NCBI GenBank assembly: GCA_009914755.4
Contig: CP068257.2
Coordinates: 15,040,001 to 15,104,000 of the forward strand
Source of the DNA: the human T2T-CHM13v2.0 reference genome, Homo sapiens
Reading direction: 5' to 3'
DNA length: 64,000 nt
In this document: in pieces, positions 18,505-32,984 of the stretch
How positions within the stretch are numbered: position 1 is the stretch's first letter
Layout of the letters: each line of letters begins with the position of its first letter
The notes under the pieces: generated by a model
What the model was told of the DNA's origin: nothing
What the model saw: only the letters and a program-made list of their open reading frames with translations
The model's database searches: none
Program-made: the position numbers and the translations under genes

Positions 18505-18890
18505 TATCTACCCACTAGAAGAGAAGAAATTAAAGGCTTCCAATACTACGTGTGGGTGAGGAGATAGAACAATTGAAATTCTCATAGATTGCTAGTAGAA
18601 ATGTAATACTGTACAATCATGTTGGAAAACAGTTTGACAGTTTCTTACAAAGCTAAACATACACTTTCCATATGGCTCAGCAATCCCAATTCTGGGTATT
18701 TGTCAGGAAAAATTAAAACATATGAACATACAAACGCTCATACAAGAAGTTGCATAGCAGCTGTATTTGTAATACCAAAACCTGGACACAATACTATTGT
18801 TTCATCAAAATATAAATGGTTAAATAAACTACCAATACTCTTAACATAATGGATGGATATTATGTTGAGTGAAAAAAGCCACTTTTTTAA
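18505..18890 (+). mobile_element. L1 ORF2 C-terminal fragment, forward orientation; inverted near-duplicate of 14727-15105
   Basis: Encodes …LLGI…KLKHMNIQTLIQEVA…NLDTILLFHQNINGLNKLPILLT-WMDIMLSEKSH (L1 ORF2 C-terminus). Its reverse complement matches 14727-15105 with about 12 mismatches in ~380 bp. Confidence 0.75.
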
Positions 18891-19422
18891 AATTATACTT
18901 TAAGTTCTAGGGAACATGTCACAATGTGCAGGTTTGTTACATATGTATACATGGGCCATGTTGGTGTGCTGCACCCATTAACTCGTCATTTATATTAGGT
19001 GTATCTCCTAATGCTATCCCTCCCTGCTACCCCCACCCCACAACAGGCCCCAGTGTGTGATGTTCCCCTTCCTCTGTCCATGTGTTCTCATTGTTCAATT
19101 CCCACCTATGAGTGAGAACATGCGGTGTTTGGTTTTTTGTCCTTGTGATAGTTTGCTGAGAATGATGGTTTCCAGCTTCATCCATGTCCCTACAAAGGAC
19201 ATGAACTCATCTTTTTTTATGGCTGCATAGTATTCCATGGTGTATATGTGCCACATTTTCTTGATCCAGTCTATCATTGTTGGACATTTGGGTTGGTTCC
19301 AAGTCTTTGCTATTGTGAATAGTGCCACAATAAACATATGGGTGCATGTGTCTTTATAGCAGCATGATTTATATTCCCTTGGGTATATACCCAGTAATGG
19401 GATGGCTGGGTCAAATTTAGCT
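18888..19422 (-). mobile_element. Young L1PA (L1PA2-4-like) 3' end fragment, reverse orientation
   Basis: The ORF 19095-19433 (minus strand) encodes [94 protein letters not shown], nearly identical to the L1HS ORF2 C-terminus. The 3' UTR block ggtgtgctgcacccattaactcgtc sits at its left end. Confidence 0.9.
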
Positions 19423-21934
19423 TTGACTATCAAGACTAGAAAGCAAGGATAGGAAGGACAAGAGATTCCTGGATTTCAATGCAAGATTTTAATATCTTTT
19501 TTTTTTAAGTATACATTGATTACTTTTGTAAAGTTTATAAAACATTATAAATAACGTAATTCAAAAGGAAAAAAATACTCTCTGCCTTGAAAAACAAGTA
19601 CATCCCAAATGGAATGAGGATCCTGGAACTATGGGGAAGTACAAAGCACTCCAGAGAGTCTTGAACTTCGGCCATGTGATGGCACAGAAGGAATGGATAT
19701 TTTCCCCTTGACTTCAAGTTTATTCTTTCTCCTTCCACAATGGTCTAGCATAAAGTAAATCCTCTCTGTGTTTTTATTTAAGTGTATATGCTAAAATAAA
19801 TTTTGTGGAAAAAAGACAAATATCTTTTACATAGTCTAGTGATAAACTGACAAAAAGAAAATTTTTAAATACTTGGGTGATAAATTATATCAGATGATTC
19901 CTAATGAATAATGGGCACTGATACAAACAATTCCTAATGTATAATGAGGCTGATTGTTTTCCTTCCTTTGGTTTCTATAATTAGGTTTAAAATATCCCTG
20001 CAAGGTGAAGGGAATTATACTTTTAATTTTTTAATATAATATTGAGCATATTCAATTAAGGGTGTCAACATAGCAGAGTTGATTCTATGCCTGCTATTTG
20101 GAGACTCGCTATCATGGACTTTGAAGAACATTATGTTTTACTTTAAGAAGAAGATTTGTGTTACTAAATACATGGAGACACGAGGGAGAAGTTGAAGATT
20201 GGGTTAAAGAATGTAAATGTTCACTCTGAATTTACCTACTGCTAAAGACCCAAGTTAAGTAAGTGTATTTTCATGTATTAAATACACTTTTTATTTAATG
20301 TATTAAAGTACACTTAGTACATTTAGCTTAAATAAGACAAAATTTGCCTATATGTATTATGACTTCATTTTGAAACAACTTTCTGATGTAGTATTGTTCC
20401 AAATATTCTAAGGAGAAGGAATGGTTCATCTTGAACCACTTTATCCCTGTAGCTCTAAGTTAGAGCAAGCAACACATCTTAGTGATCAAAATTTATTTCT
20501 TGATTTAGTGATACTATGCCTTCTCTTCTATATTTGCTTTATAAAGGCTCACATACTTGTGGTCACTGTATTTCTGCCCTGAGACTTCTATTTCTTATAA
20601 CAAATACTTCTGAATTCATTATATTTCTTAAAGTTTATCCTTACCAACACATATTGTTTTCTCTTCAGCTTTTTGAAGTCAATTCAAGCAAATCAATGTA
20701 AATAGACTGCAAAATTTGCCATCTTCTTTGAAAATGGCCTAGCCAATTGTGACAAAAATTTTAAGTTGACATTCTTATTTTCCATTGGAATATTTCTATT
20801 TTTATTGTAGTATAAGAAAAACCAAACATATGTGTGATATTAATGTATTACATTTGAGACTAAAAGCCTATTATTTCACTTTGTTTCTGCCTACAAAATA
20901 GATGACAGTAGAAGTTCATTTTCAGGATTCTAAATATTAGAAGTATTCAAATATTAAATTTTTTGAAATTATTTTTAAAATGATTACCTATGAAAAAGTG
21001 TTGGCTGTATAATAACTGAGGAATCAATTGTAAAAATGAAGAACCAAAATGTTTGCACTAGAGAGCCAAAAGGATAGATGAAGAACAAGGTGGTAGAAAA
21101 AAGATTGCATTTTATGTCATTTCAATTTGTGCACCATATGATGTACTACGTATTTAAAATAAACTGAAAGGCTTATGATGGTGGTATTAGCCACTCTCAA
21201 AAAAGCTAAAAATGAATGGTAGGTGTTCGCTCGGTGGCCCAATCTGTGTGACCCAGACAAGGTGTTGTCTTTTTAATGATGATTGAGAGTGTTATAAAAA
21301 TTGCATAGATTTTATGAAAGATAATTTGTTACAAAACTGGAGATACTCCAGATGTACAAGATGAAAGAAGTATTTGAAAAGGAAAGACGTAACAAGAGGA
21401 AGCAGATGACACTGATGGATGTTTTTTAAAATGCGCTCGTAACATCCGCTCCTTTGGTTTCACACATGCTGTTAGAACTATTCCTGATGAACTGTTTTCC
21501 TACAACACTATCTATAGATCAATAAGGATTCTCTGGGAAATAAAGTTTCTTGCTTTTTTTTGTTATTAAGCAAAATGCCTGTTGCCACTTTTAAGGGGAA
21601 AAAACCAATATTGCAAATTTATTTTCAAAATGGAATATTTGCAATGCAATTATTTTTCCACTTTTATTAAATATTTAGAATTTATTTCTCTCTACTTTTA
21701 AAGAAAGTATTTTAATGTATGTAAAATACAGATATTTAATATATTTTTCTCCTGACTTACATGATATGTTTATGGACAACACAAAGTTGTTTGGAACAAA
21801 TATTATCCATAAATTATTGACTGCTTATCATAAATCCATATTATGCAGATATATTAAAAACCACAATACCATCTTTATTTTTTATTAGTGTGTTTTTTAG
21901 AATCCACGCTATCAAATCATAGAAACATTGCTAA

Positions 21935-22285
<351 letters not shown>

Positions 22286-24532
22286 TAAAGTAATATTTTA
22301 ATACAATGTAGCATCCTTCCCAAATATACTACAGTCTAATTTAAATTTATATTGAACATTAGGAAATATAAAGTTTGAAATTACTCATTTTTCAAATGAA
22401 GAAATTAAATGGATAAAAGTCTAATGATTTTATCAACACCACAGGACTAGCTAGTAGACTGAACACAGGAATGGAAGTTGCTGTCTTTTAGCCCAGTGTT
22501 CTTGCTTCTAACTCATAAACTCAATTTGCTTTTTGGAAGACTCTTCTAATGGTTATGAAAATTTGGAAATGAATTTGACTATATCCAGCTGATCTTAAGG
22601 CATCATCATGTGTTTTGACATTGGATTGGATTTAGTTTTGAGACACTGTTCTTAATTCAAGAATGTTCACTACTATTGGATATAGGACTGATTTCTGGGC
22701 ATTCCAAGATTGGAATCAAAGGATAAAGAAGTGTGAGAAAAAAAGCAATAGGGAAGTATTTTGGAAAACATTTCTAGAGCAAAACAAAACACAATAAAGA
22801 ATTGAAAAACTCAAGAAAGAAGATGAGCTGGAATACAAAGGCAAATGGTAAGCAAAGAAACAAATACAACTTATATTTAGTATCAACTAAATGTTGATGT
22901 GAAACACAGACTGAGTAAACTGAAACTAAATTGCCAGATGATCTCAACATGTGTATTGGTATGAGTGACATGAAACAGGAGGCAATGAAAGCATGATAAC
23001 ATTTTTGTCTCATTTGGGGAGTGGTTATAGATGGTGTTAAACTTTAGATATTGATATAAAACTATACTGGGATTAAATACTTGTACTCACAAAAGAAATC
23101 GGAAGAATCGAGATAGGATATATAATTTCCAAACTGCCAGATAAAAACAACAAAAAAGTGAGTCAAATGAAATACAAATAAAAGGATGAAATGTGATAGA
23201 TGAGGTAACTGTTAATAAAACCACTGTGGATTGAGAAATTTTAATGTTATATATTTAATGTCTAAATATGAAAATGAAAGATTTTTTGTAATAAAAAAGT
23301 TACAGTGACAAAAACACTAGAATAAATTAAAAATTCACAATTGTTAACTAAAGATTTTAAAATGTTTTTCCCAAATCAATAGAACAGTTTTCCCAGTCAT
23401 TTCATGTCATACAGTAGCTTTACATGAGATAAATTTTATTTTACATATATGTATTTATTTGTATGAATTAATTAAGTATTTTGTACCCAATATTTTTAAC
23501 AAAGTAGACTGGACCTATGTATAATACCTTAAATTATCCTTACCCTTCATTCACATTTAAATCCATTCCATACGGTACCATACTGGAGTAAAGAACTCTA
23601 AATGTGTTGCACTGTTTGCTATTGTCTCCAACAATGAATTGGGGGGAAGGAGTGGGTGGGCAGGAACAAACCCTACTTCAGAAATTTTCAAATTATAATG
23701 AAAAATGTTTCATTCTTGCTCAGGATGTACATAGCATTCATGCGAATCTGGAAACTAACCAGTTTCTTTACAAGGAAGGTTTTCTAAATATGTAACAAGA
23801 GCTACAACTGCCAGATAATTCTAAATGAGAAGTTAACAGTTTTCTTCCAGCTCTAAAAATACTAAGAAATCCTTCAGTGTTTCTGTTCTAATTTTCCTCA
23901 TGCTAATTAGATGAGATTGTCATTTTAGAAACCACCCTACTATGTTCTTTTTCTCCTTTAATTAGCACATTAGATCATTATCTGTGCTTTAATGACCCAA
24001 AAGGGTGACAATTACAGCTGTTACATTCAAGCCTCACTGGAATGCCCTACTTGGGGCTCATGCCACAGGCCCACTGGAGACAAAGTCAGCATTTATGAGT
24101 CATAGCGTCCCTGTAGGATATTAAACTGCTTTTCAGCTGTGTCCCACATGTATCTTGTTCTCTGTCAGGAAAAACTCAGAATCCAGAAAAACTTCCACAA
24201 AACAAATGTCATCTACATTGTAAGACTCATCTGACTGGATCATACAAATTCTTGTCCTGAAGAAATAGCTTTCTGTAAGATGGAGAGTTGTCATGATAAA
24301 ATTCCCATTAACATGGATCACATCCTTGCACTAATCAGTGTACTCTTAGATTTAAAACACTCGTAAACTGATAGATGTAATGTCCCCAAAATATTTGTTC
24401 CTATTTATATGACTTTTCTGTTGCATTATTTTTTGAGTAAATAGTTGTTATGAGTAATTTCTTTCATAATAAGAACTTTTGAGTTAATACACTGAACTTA
24501 TCCCAATGCAGCTAAGAAAGAAACAAATCATT

Positions 24533-24808
24533 TGTATTAGCCCATTCTCACGATGTTAACATGGTGGAAGGCAAAGGAGGAGCAAGGGCATGTCTTACAT
24601 GGCAGCAGGCAAGAGGTCATATGCAGGGAGCTCCCCTTTATAAAACCACCAGATCTCATGAGACATATTCACTATCATGAGAACAGCACAGGGAAAACCC
24701 GCCCCTATGATTCAATTACTTCCCACTGGGACCCTCCCATGACAAGTGAGGGTTATGGGAACTACAATTCAATCTGAGATTTGAGTGGGGACACAGCCAA
24801 ACCATATC
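24533..24808 (-). repeat. THE1/MST-type solo LTR, reverse orientation, with ~100-bp internal deletion
   Basis: tgtattagcccattctcac...catggtggaaggcaaaggaggagcaagg...ccagatctcatgagac...ctacaattcaatctgagatttgagtggggacacagccaaaccatatca matches the two THE1 LTRs at 9.5 and 11.5 kb. Confidence 0.7.
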
Positions 24809-24979
24809 ATAATTCCTGGTGAAAAATCTAAAATATGTGTTTCCATTAGTTTTGAAACAATGGAACTGTAATGTAAATTGATAATCTTAGAGTCAATTAT
24901 TTTTTCCTGAATGTATAATTTGGGAATCTTAATAACAACAAAAAAAAATAGATTACTCAGTTACAAAAGTACAACAAAT

Positions 24980-25255
<276 letters not shown>

Positions 25256-26833
25256 TTACAAAAGTACAACAAATCCCCATGACACAACTTTACCTATGAA
25301 ACAAACCTGTACTTGTACCCTGGACCTAAAATGAAAGTTTAAAAAAAAAGTACACAAACACTCATGGACATATATTTAATTTAAAATAATTTCACATACC
25401 CCCACACAATGAAACCTGTTTTAATATTAAGATTATTAAGGATCTAGCTTCTCAAAAGTCTTATAATCTTTAAATTGTAAACGTCTGAATCTTGGAGGCC
25501 TAGCAGATGGGCGAGGAGAGAACAATACACAAAGCCAAAAAAAAAAAAATGCCTGGAATGTGATTGATCTTTGGAATTTGTGCAAACACATAGGGTGGTG
25601 CCTACTGAGGAGGCTGCAGAAAGGGAGTATAATAAAAAATCATATTTTTCTGCTTTAAATCAATAAAATTAATTTTATAACAATGTGAAATAATTGTGGA
25701 TCCAGCTGACAGTTTGCTCAAGGGTAGTTCACTTTAAATACTCAGATACTTCCCTGGCCCTTATCATCTTAACTGGTCACTCGCCCAGAATGGGCTGTGT
25801 TTGTAAGTCATGAGATGCTTCTTCCATGACTTTAGTGGCCTCTAAACTCATGTGAAATTTATACGTTTAAGTCTGGTCCAAAATGAATCACATCTGTTTT
25901 TTTGGAAACTGTGGCCAACTTAAAACTTTCAAAAGAAAATGAGAACTAAAAACGCTTCCTCTGTCTTAACAGAGCAGAAAGAAAGGATGTGAAAGAATAT
26001 ACAACCTTGACATTATGGATATTACTTTATCCCCTTATATTTGCAGTTTTTATATAAGAAAAAAGTTCTAAAACTAACATTTGGATACATGTCACTGAGT
26101 GGTAGAGTTGTTTCAATCATAACTGAAATAGAGAACCATTCGTTCCTTTTTATAACAAAGACGAATTCTTCATTCTGTGAATGAGAATTAACAACCAAGG
26201 TTTTCAGGGGCTTAATGTTACAGAAGCTGTCATTAATTATAATGCTTATTATAAAAACGGAATTGTAATAAATCAGGCTGCAGTCAACCACCTTTGAACA
26301 GCTAGAATACTTACATACTCGTAGTGTTTTGCTTTTTTTCTTCTCTTTATTCCATGTAATTACTTAGATCATCCTTTTTATTTCCTGATTCTTTCTTGCT
26401 TATGGTATTTTTTTGCATAGGGAATGACAAATGAAGAAAATATTGTAGTATTATATGAGTTTTGGTAGGGCAGTCTGGGTTAACAAATGTACTCCATAAC
26501 ATATAATAGACCAAAAACAATAGACATGTATTGCTCCTACCCTTAATAGTTCAAGCAAGGGTCTACTTTTCAAATGGCAGCTCTCATCTTGTGATCATTC
26601 AAGAACCCACACTCCTTCATCTGTGACTACCAATCCAGAGGCAAGGTTCTTCATATTTTTGTTTCTGTGCCATGGACTCATCTTTCACTCTGGTAAAGCC
26701 TAAAGAAACTTTCTAAGTACAATGCTTTAAAATACATACAATAATAATAGGGCTTAAAGGAAAACAATTATATTGACATACGTTTATCAAAACATGTATA
26801 TGAAATGAATTTGTGATACAGCAATATATGTCC

Positions 26834-27134
26834 TTTTTTTTTTTTTTTTTTTTTTCCAGAGGCAAGGTCTTGCTCTGTTGCCCAGGCTGGAGTGGAGATC
26901 ATGGCTCACTACAGCCCCAACTTCCTAGGCTCAACTGATTCTCCTACCTCAGCCTCTCGAGTAGCTGGGACTATAGGCATGGGCCACCTTGCCTGGCTAA
27001 GTTTTTCTTATTTTTGGAGAGATGGGATCTCACTATATTGCCCAGATTGGTCTTGAACTCGTGGCCTCAATTGATCTTCCTTTCTCAACTTCCAAAAGTG
27101 CTAGGATTACAGGTGTGACCCACTGTGCCCAGCC
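26834..27134 (-). mobile_element. Alu element, reverse orientation, 22-T leader
   Basis: T22 followed by ccagaggcaaggtcttgctctgttgcccaggctggagtggagatcatggctcactacagcc ... gctaggattacaggtgtgacccactgtgcccagcc. Confidence 0.9.
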
Positions 27135-27699
27135 CTATGTGTGTTTTTAAATTAGTATTAGATAACCAGATCTTGCAACACAGTGCTAATAACCACCATA
27201 ATTTTGAAGTAGTGATGAAGGCAAACAGTATTTTGAGATATCTGCAGCAGAAGAGCTGATACAAAAATATCTATGATTTTAACTGGGAGCCAAGTCACAG
27301 GTACTACTATGCCACTGGGATTTGTTGGCTGCCATCATAAGAGAAAGAAATTATAAATTTCAGTTAGATCCAGTTAAAATAGAGATGTAATTTGTTCCCA
27401 TCCAAGTTCATGAACTCCCTGAATTCTATCCACAAATCCCCGAAGGCTAAGAATCTCAGCCCTTGTCTGCCAAAGCCAGCAGGAGGGAAAAGTGAGCATG
27501 GAAGAGCATTTAGTTCTAGTACTTGGTGCTGATATTAACTACAAGTATAATGGAATCAAATAATATCCACAACGTCAATATCGTATATCCTTCCCCTGTT
27601 ATGAACTTTGTCCCCAAAATGGCACATATAACTTCCTATTGACCATAATTCAGACATATAGGGAAGTAGGAAGGGAGGGAACAGATTCTATGAAAAATA

Positions 27700-28105
27700 T
27701 ATTTTCTTTATTTTTATTTTACTTTAATTTCTGGGATACATGTGCAGAACATGAAGGTTTGTTATATAAGTATACATGTGCCATGGTGGTTTGCTGCACC
27801 TATGAACCTGTCATCTAGGTTTTAAGCCCTGCATGCATTAGGTATTTGTCCTAATGCTCTCGCTCCCCTTGTCCCCCATCTCCTCACAGGCCCTGGTGTG
27901 TGATGTTCCCCTCCCTGTGTCCATGTGTTTTCATTGGTCAACTCCCACTTATGAGTGGGAATATGCAGTGTTTGGGTTTCTGTTCTTGTGTTAGTTTGTG
28001 GTGAATGATGGCTTCCAGCTTCATCCATGTCCCTGCAAAGGACATGAACTCACTCTTTTTTTAATGGCTGTACATGTGACGTATTTTTTTTTAATCCAGT
28101 TTATC
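27700..28105 (-). mobile_element. L1 3' UTR / ORF2-end segment, reverse orientation (3' piece of a twin-primed L1)
   Basis: T-rich leader, then actttaatttctgggatacatgtgcagaacatgaaggtttgttatataagtatacatgtgccatggtggtttgctgcacc ... gacatgaactcactc, the reverse complement of the L1 3' end. Confidence 0.8.
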
Positions 28106-28350
28106 ACAGAAACACTTTTACACTGTTGGTGGGAGTGTAATTAGTTCAACCATTGTGGAAGACAGTGTGGCAACTCCTCAAGGATCTAGAACCAGAAATA
28201 CCCTTTGGCCCAACAATCCCATTACTGGGTATATACCCAAAGGATTAAAAATCATTCTACTGTAAAGACATATGCACACGTATGTTTATCACAGCACTAT
28301 TTATATTAGCAAAGTCATGGGACCAACCCAAATGCCCATCAATGATAGGC
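28105..28350 (+). mobile_element. L1 ORF2 C-terminal segment, forward orientation (inverted piece of the same twin-primed L1)
   Basis: aacacttttacactgttggtgggagtgtaattagttcaaccattgtggaagacagtgtggcaactcctcaaggatctagaaccagaaataccctttggcccaacaatcccattactgggtatatacccaaagg ... caaatgcccatcaatgataggctgg. The L1 coordinates abut the reverse-orientation piece with about 10 bp of overlap at caatgatag(a/g)ctgga. Confidence 0.8.
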
Positions 28351-29730
28351 TGGAAAATACATTTTCTAGTAGTCGACTCAATTTACAGACCTGAAAGAGG
28401 CAGTCCAATTTAGTTCCTGTTAAAACTGTTGTGATCAGAAGGGTAAATTATCCTTGCTTGTTAAAAGTGTCTCTGTCTATGTTCCCATGCTTTTACTGTT
28501 TTCGTTTTTTTCTTTTCTATGCCCATTTTGGTTTATACGTCATTGTCACAAAATGTACTGACAAATGGGATTTAAATTACTATTATAATAACATAGCATG
28601 TGGAACAAATATTAATTTCTAAGCTCATGAACATCATATTTCTAGATCTAAGCTGACTTTTTACCTAGTAACCATACATTAATGACTCATGGACAGTATG
28701 TATTCTATATAAGTGCCACAGAAATCAAGTGAGTGTCTGATAAAGCCCAACTCACACCTCATGGCACACCGCGGAGGAAGGGAGTGACTCTCCTTGGAAA
28801 TCAGAAAGATTTCTAAGTGAAGGGAAAGCTTTTCTGGGAAGTTAGGAATTCGTAGTACTTCAACTGGTGGACCTAAGGAAATTTTGTCCCAGAAAACATT
28901 GTGAACAAAGGAGAGGAAAAGCATGTTCTGAAAATGATTACTATCTTGGGTTGACTGTAGCATAGGGTCATAAGGGAAAATAAAACGATAGTCCACTCTA
29001 AAAAGTATAAAAGCATCAGAGTATGAATAATCTTGATGTTCTGCCAAAATTGGCAGAGAGACTGGTTAGATAGCTATTGTAAAATTCAGAGAAGAGTAAG
29101 TTCTCATACAATTCATTGGCTAGGGAAAGGGAAATGAGTGGATTATTTTGAAAGATAATTTAGATTTAGAAATAATAGTTCATTACAGAGAATCTGTTTC
29201 AGGAACAAATGTGAGAGAGGAAATTGAGAGAGTAGCTTCTGATGGTTAACCTAGAGGATGGTGGTGCTATCTAAACCACGGCAGAAGACAAAGGCAGTGG
29301 GGCAGACTGAGGGAAAGAAGATAACGGGCTCAGTTTGGGACATTTTAGGTCTGCTGGATGAGCAAGACATGCATTTCACACTCAGAGAAACAGTCTAGGG
29401 TGTAAGCCTGAAATGTAAGAGAGGGCCAGTATTTGAGTTATAGGTCTCCTGGGAACCAGTTAGGACATATGAGTAAAATCAATTAGGAAAGGACTGTCAA
29501 ATAGAACATCAGTCAATTTTAAAGCACCTAGAAAAGCAGTTCCACACAGGAATCAAGACTTTCTCATACTAGCTGCATTTTTTATTGCATTCAACTAAAT
29601 GATGGATGAGAATAAAAAACATCAAAAGACTCATAAAAGTAAGATTTTAAAAATATGCCCTGCTGCATTTTCAGGGACAAGATTAAAAGTAAGGGTTTAT
29701 ATATTTATTTCTTTTATATATTTCTTTTCT

Positions 29731-29754
29731 TATATATATATATATATATATATA
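29731..29754. repeat. (TA)n microsatellite
   Basis: tatatatatatatatatatatatat. Confidence 0.9.
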
Positions 29755-31989
29755 TTTCTTTTTATAGATGATGAATGACAAGTGTGTCATTGTTAATAGG
29801 TTCTCTCAAATATTGAAGAACTTAGAACTTCTATTAGAAAATACCTCATAAAGCAAAACTGGGCCACATGTCCATTTCTGATCCAATCACTGGCAGGGGA
29901 AATGGGATAACTCCTTGGATTATTAGTCTCTTCCTGGAGGATGAATGGAATTTACTTATCAAGATACTTAGCTATGTGTATTAGGTGTGGGGTAGAGATT
30001 ACCTGAAAACACAAGTCAGAATGCTCTTGGAAAGAAAGGAGGAGTGGATATTATGAAGGCAAAAGTAATGTCTATTGTATCTTGATGATCTGGCTGATTA
30101 AATAACAATAACAACAACGACACGTTTTCTTTTTAACCTTTATTATTTCGTATTATTCTAAAAAGTATTAGTTCTTCCTCCTTAATTGAATACAGTTTAT
30201 AAAGGATTTTGCCCTCAGGGTTATCATTCTGAATTAGCATGAATCATCAATATCAAAAATATACGTGTAAAAAATGTAGATAATTGAGCCAAATACAAAC
30301 AACATCAGAAAATATATTGGAAGATATCTGATGAATTTTTATGATACATTTATATTTTTAAAATGTAACTTTACAATGGAGAGATGTTGTTTGTCATGTT
30401 TTCCGGTTAATGTCCAGTGCCTAAAAAGATGCCTCATACATAGTAGGCACTCAATAAATATGTGTGAAATGAATAAATGATGAAAATCTTTATATCACTT
30501 AAATTGTGATTTTTATCTTTCTCTGAAAACAGAATTCTCCGTAAGTATTTTATTTCCGATGACTTTCATTCTATTATTCCCTTTTGTAATATTCTTTCTA
30601 AATTTCACTATGTGTAACCTCATTTGCCCTTCAACTTTATCCAAAGTTCTGAATGTATTCATATTGACTCCTTCTTTCCCTTTTTGGCTTTTAAATATCC
30701 TGGCATAATTTGTTTTGACTGGGTAGAACTGTGTTCTTTTGGACAGCCAACTTCCTTGAACTCTGCTTTCTAAAAGAAGCCCAAGGATTCATCGTACTAA
30801 TTTTCAAATTTGATGCAATTAGCTTCATAAAGTTAATTTTCTTAATTCTGCTGACATTTCCATTTCCTTCCCTTAGGGAAGAGAATTCGATTTCATTAAC
30901 TTGTGATTGTTTCCTCAAGGTTTCTTTCTACTATTAGAAGCCCATCTAATTTTTCCCTATGAGCAAGAATAAAATCTGATATCTGCCCTAGGAATTTTAC
31001 CTTTATTACAGAAGATCAAGCCATGAGATCTCATTGCTTCAGAAATACTTTGTCATCAGTATTCAGTTTGATATGCGCCTGTCAATGCTTCTTCATCTTT
31101 ATATAAAATTGCTTTAAGTCAACTAAAAAAAACCTTATTAACCTTCTTTTACTGGTTTAGTGATTTATATAATTTACATTTTTATAATGTGGTTATTTTC
31201 TGTGTTCTTACCATATTAACTTTAATCCAATTATTATTTCCAAACAATTCCATTGCTACACCTTTATTCTGGATATAAAAAAGCATTAATTTCACAAATA
31301 ATTATGAAATGAGTTCTCTTTTCTAAGCTCATCCTCTAGTTCCAAGTGCTATTCTACTCATTGTCAGGTATGTTAATAACAGCTTAACTCTGGCCCTGAG
31401 ATGGGGCTTCCAGATATTCCTGATTAATTCCATCATTCAAAAGTCACATTGAAGCCTATTTGCATAGTTGTATGATTATTTCCTCACAAAAGAATATAGT
31501 AATTAATAGATAATGAGATATTTAAAACATATTATGATGGTCATTGAAACGATATATGTCAGTGTTCATAAGTCGATAATTTTATTTAAAAAGTTTTAAA
31601 GAAAGTGAGCAAATGAAGTGATAAAAAACTAAAATCTTCCACTGGTTTGTATTAGAAAGAAAAAACAAATGGTAAAAGAGTTGGTGAGAACCCAGAGAAG
31701 AGTTAAACAGATAGCTAAACCTACTTATTAAATTAAGCAGGAAGATATCAGTTGACTAAAGTGACAAGATGGTTATTTTATAAAAACTTTAAAGTGCTTC
31801 AAATTATGCCTTGTTAATTCTTTTTATTTCTTCAACTAATATATTTTGAGTGTTAGTATATGTGAGTTATTACAGAACTACTGAATGTGAGCCAGAGAAA
31901 TTGGATTAAAAATTACGGTATTGCATTTGAGCTGTCTAAGGGATGATTAGGGTAGGCCTCCACAGGTAAACGAAGCACCTATATAGGTA

Positions 31990-32972
31990 GTTATTTAAAG
32001 AAATATAGTCTATGTGTCTGTTTTTGTGCCAGGCCCATGCTATTTTGGTTACTGTATCTTTGTAGTATAGTTTGAAGTGCCAGCTTTGTTTATTTTGCTT
32101 ATAATTGCATTGGCTATTTGGGCTCTGTTTTGGTTTTATATGAGTTTTAGGATAGTTTTTTCTAATCCTGTGAAAAATGACATTGGTGTGATAGTAATAA
32201 CATAGAATTTGTAGATTACTTTCAATACTATGGCTATTTTAATGATATTGACTCTTTCAATCCATGAGTAGAGAATGTTTTTCCATTTGTTTGTGTCATC
32301 TGTGATTTCTTTCAGCAATGTTTCATTGTTTTCCTTGTAGAGATCTTTCACCTCCTTGGTTAAAAGTATTCCTAGGTATTTTATCTTTTTTTGTGACTAT
32401 TGTAAATGGGATTGTGTTCTTCATTTGGCTGTCAACATGAACATTATTGATATATAGAAATGCTACTGATTTTTGCACATTGATTTTGTATGCTGAAACT
32501 TTACTGAAGTCATTTTTAAGTTCCAGGAGCCTTTTGGTGGAGTCCTTGGAGTTTTCTAGGAATAGAGTCATATGGTCAGCAAAGAGAGGCAGTGTAACTT
32601 CTTTTCCCATTTGGATGCCTTTTATTTCTTTTTCTTGTCTGATTGCTCTGGCTAGGACTTCCAGGACTATGTTGAATAGGAGTGGTGAGAGTGGGCATTC
32701 TTGTGTTGTTCCAGTTCTTCGAGAGAATGCTTACAGCTTTTCCCATTTGTTATGATGTTGGCTGTGGGTTTTTCATAGATGGGTCTTATTATTTTGAGGT
32801 GTTTCCTTTGAAGCCTAGTTTCTTGAGGGTTTTATCATGAAAAGATGTTAGATTTTATAGAAGGCTTCTTTTGCATCTATTGAGATAATTATATGGTATA
32901 TGTTTTTAGTTCTGTTTAGGTGGTGAATCATAGTTATTGATTACTCTATGTTGAACAAACTTTGCATCCCAG
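31990..32972 (-). mobile_element. L1 ORF2 reverse-transcriptase-region segment, reverse orientation (inverted piece of a twin-primed L1)
   Basis: Reverse complement encodes …GMQ(S)LFNI…, …YEKPTANII(T)NG…, …[29 protein letters not shown]…, …[44 protein letters not shown]…, matching L1 ORF2 aa ~560-880. Confidence 0.8.
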
Positions 32973-32984
32973 TAATGAAGACTA

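Noticed and set aside
18886-19422. Possibility that the forward-orientation L1 fragment at 18505-18890 and the reverse-orientation L1PA at 18888-19422 form a twin-priming pair
   Set aside because: The two pieces belong to clearly different L1 ages (old L1PA/PB versus L1PA2-4-like). The geometry, with the forward piece on the poly-T side of the reverse piece, is also wrong for twin priming, so I treat it as a nested or adjacent insertion.
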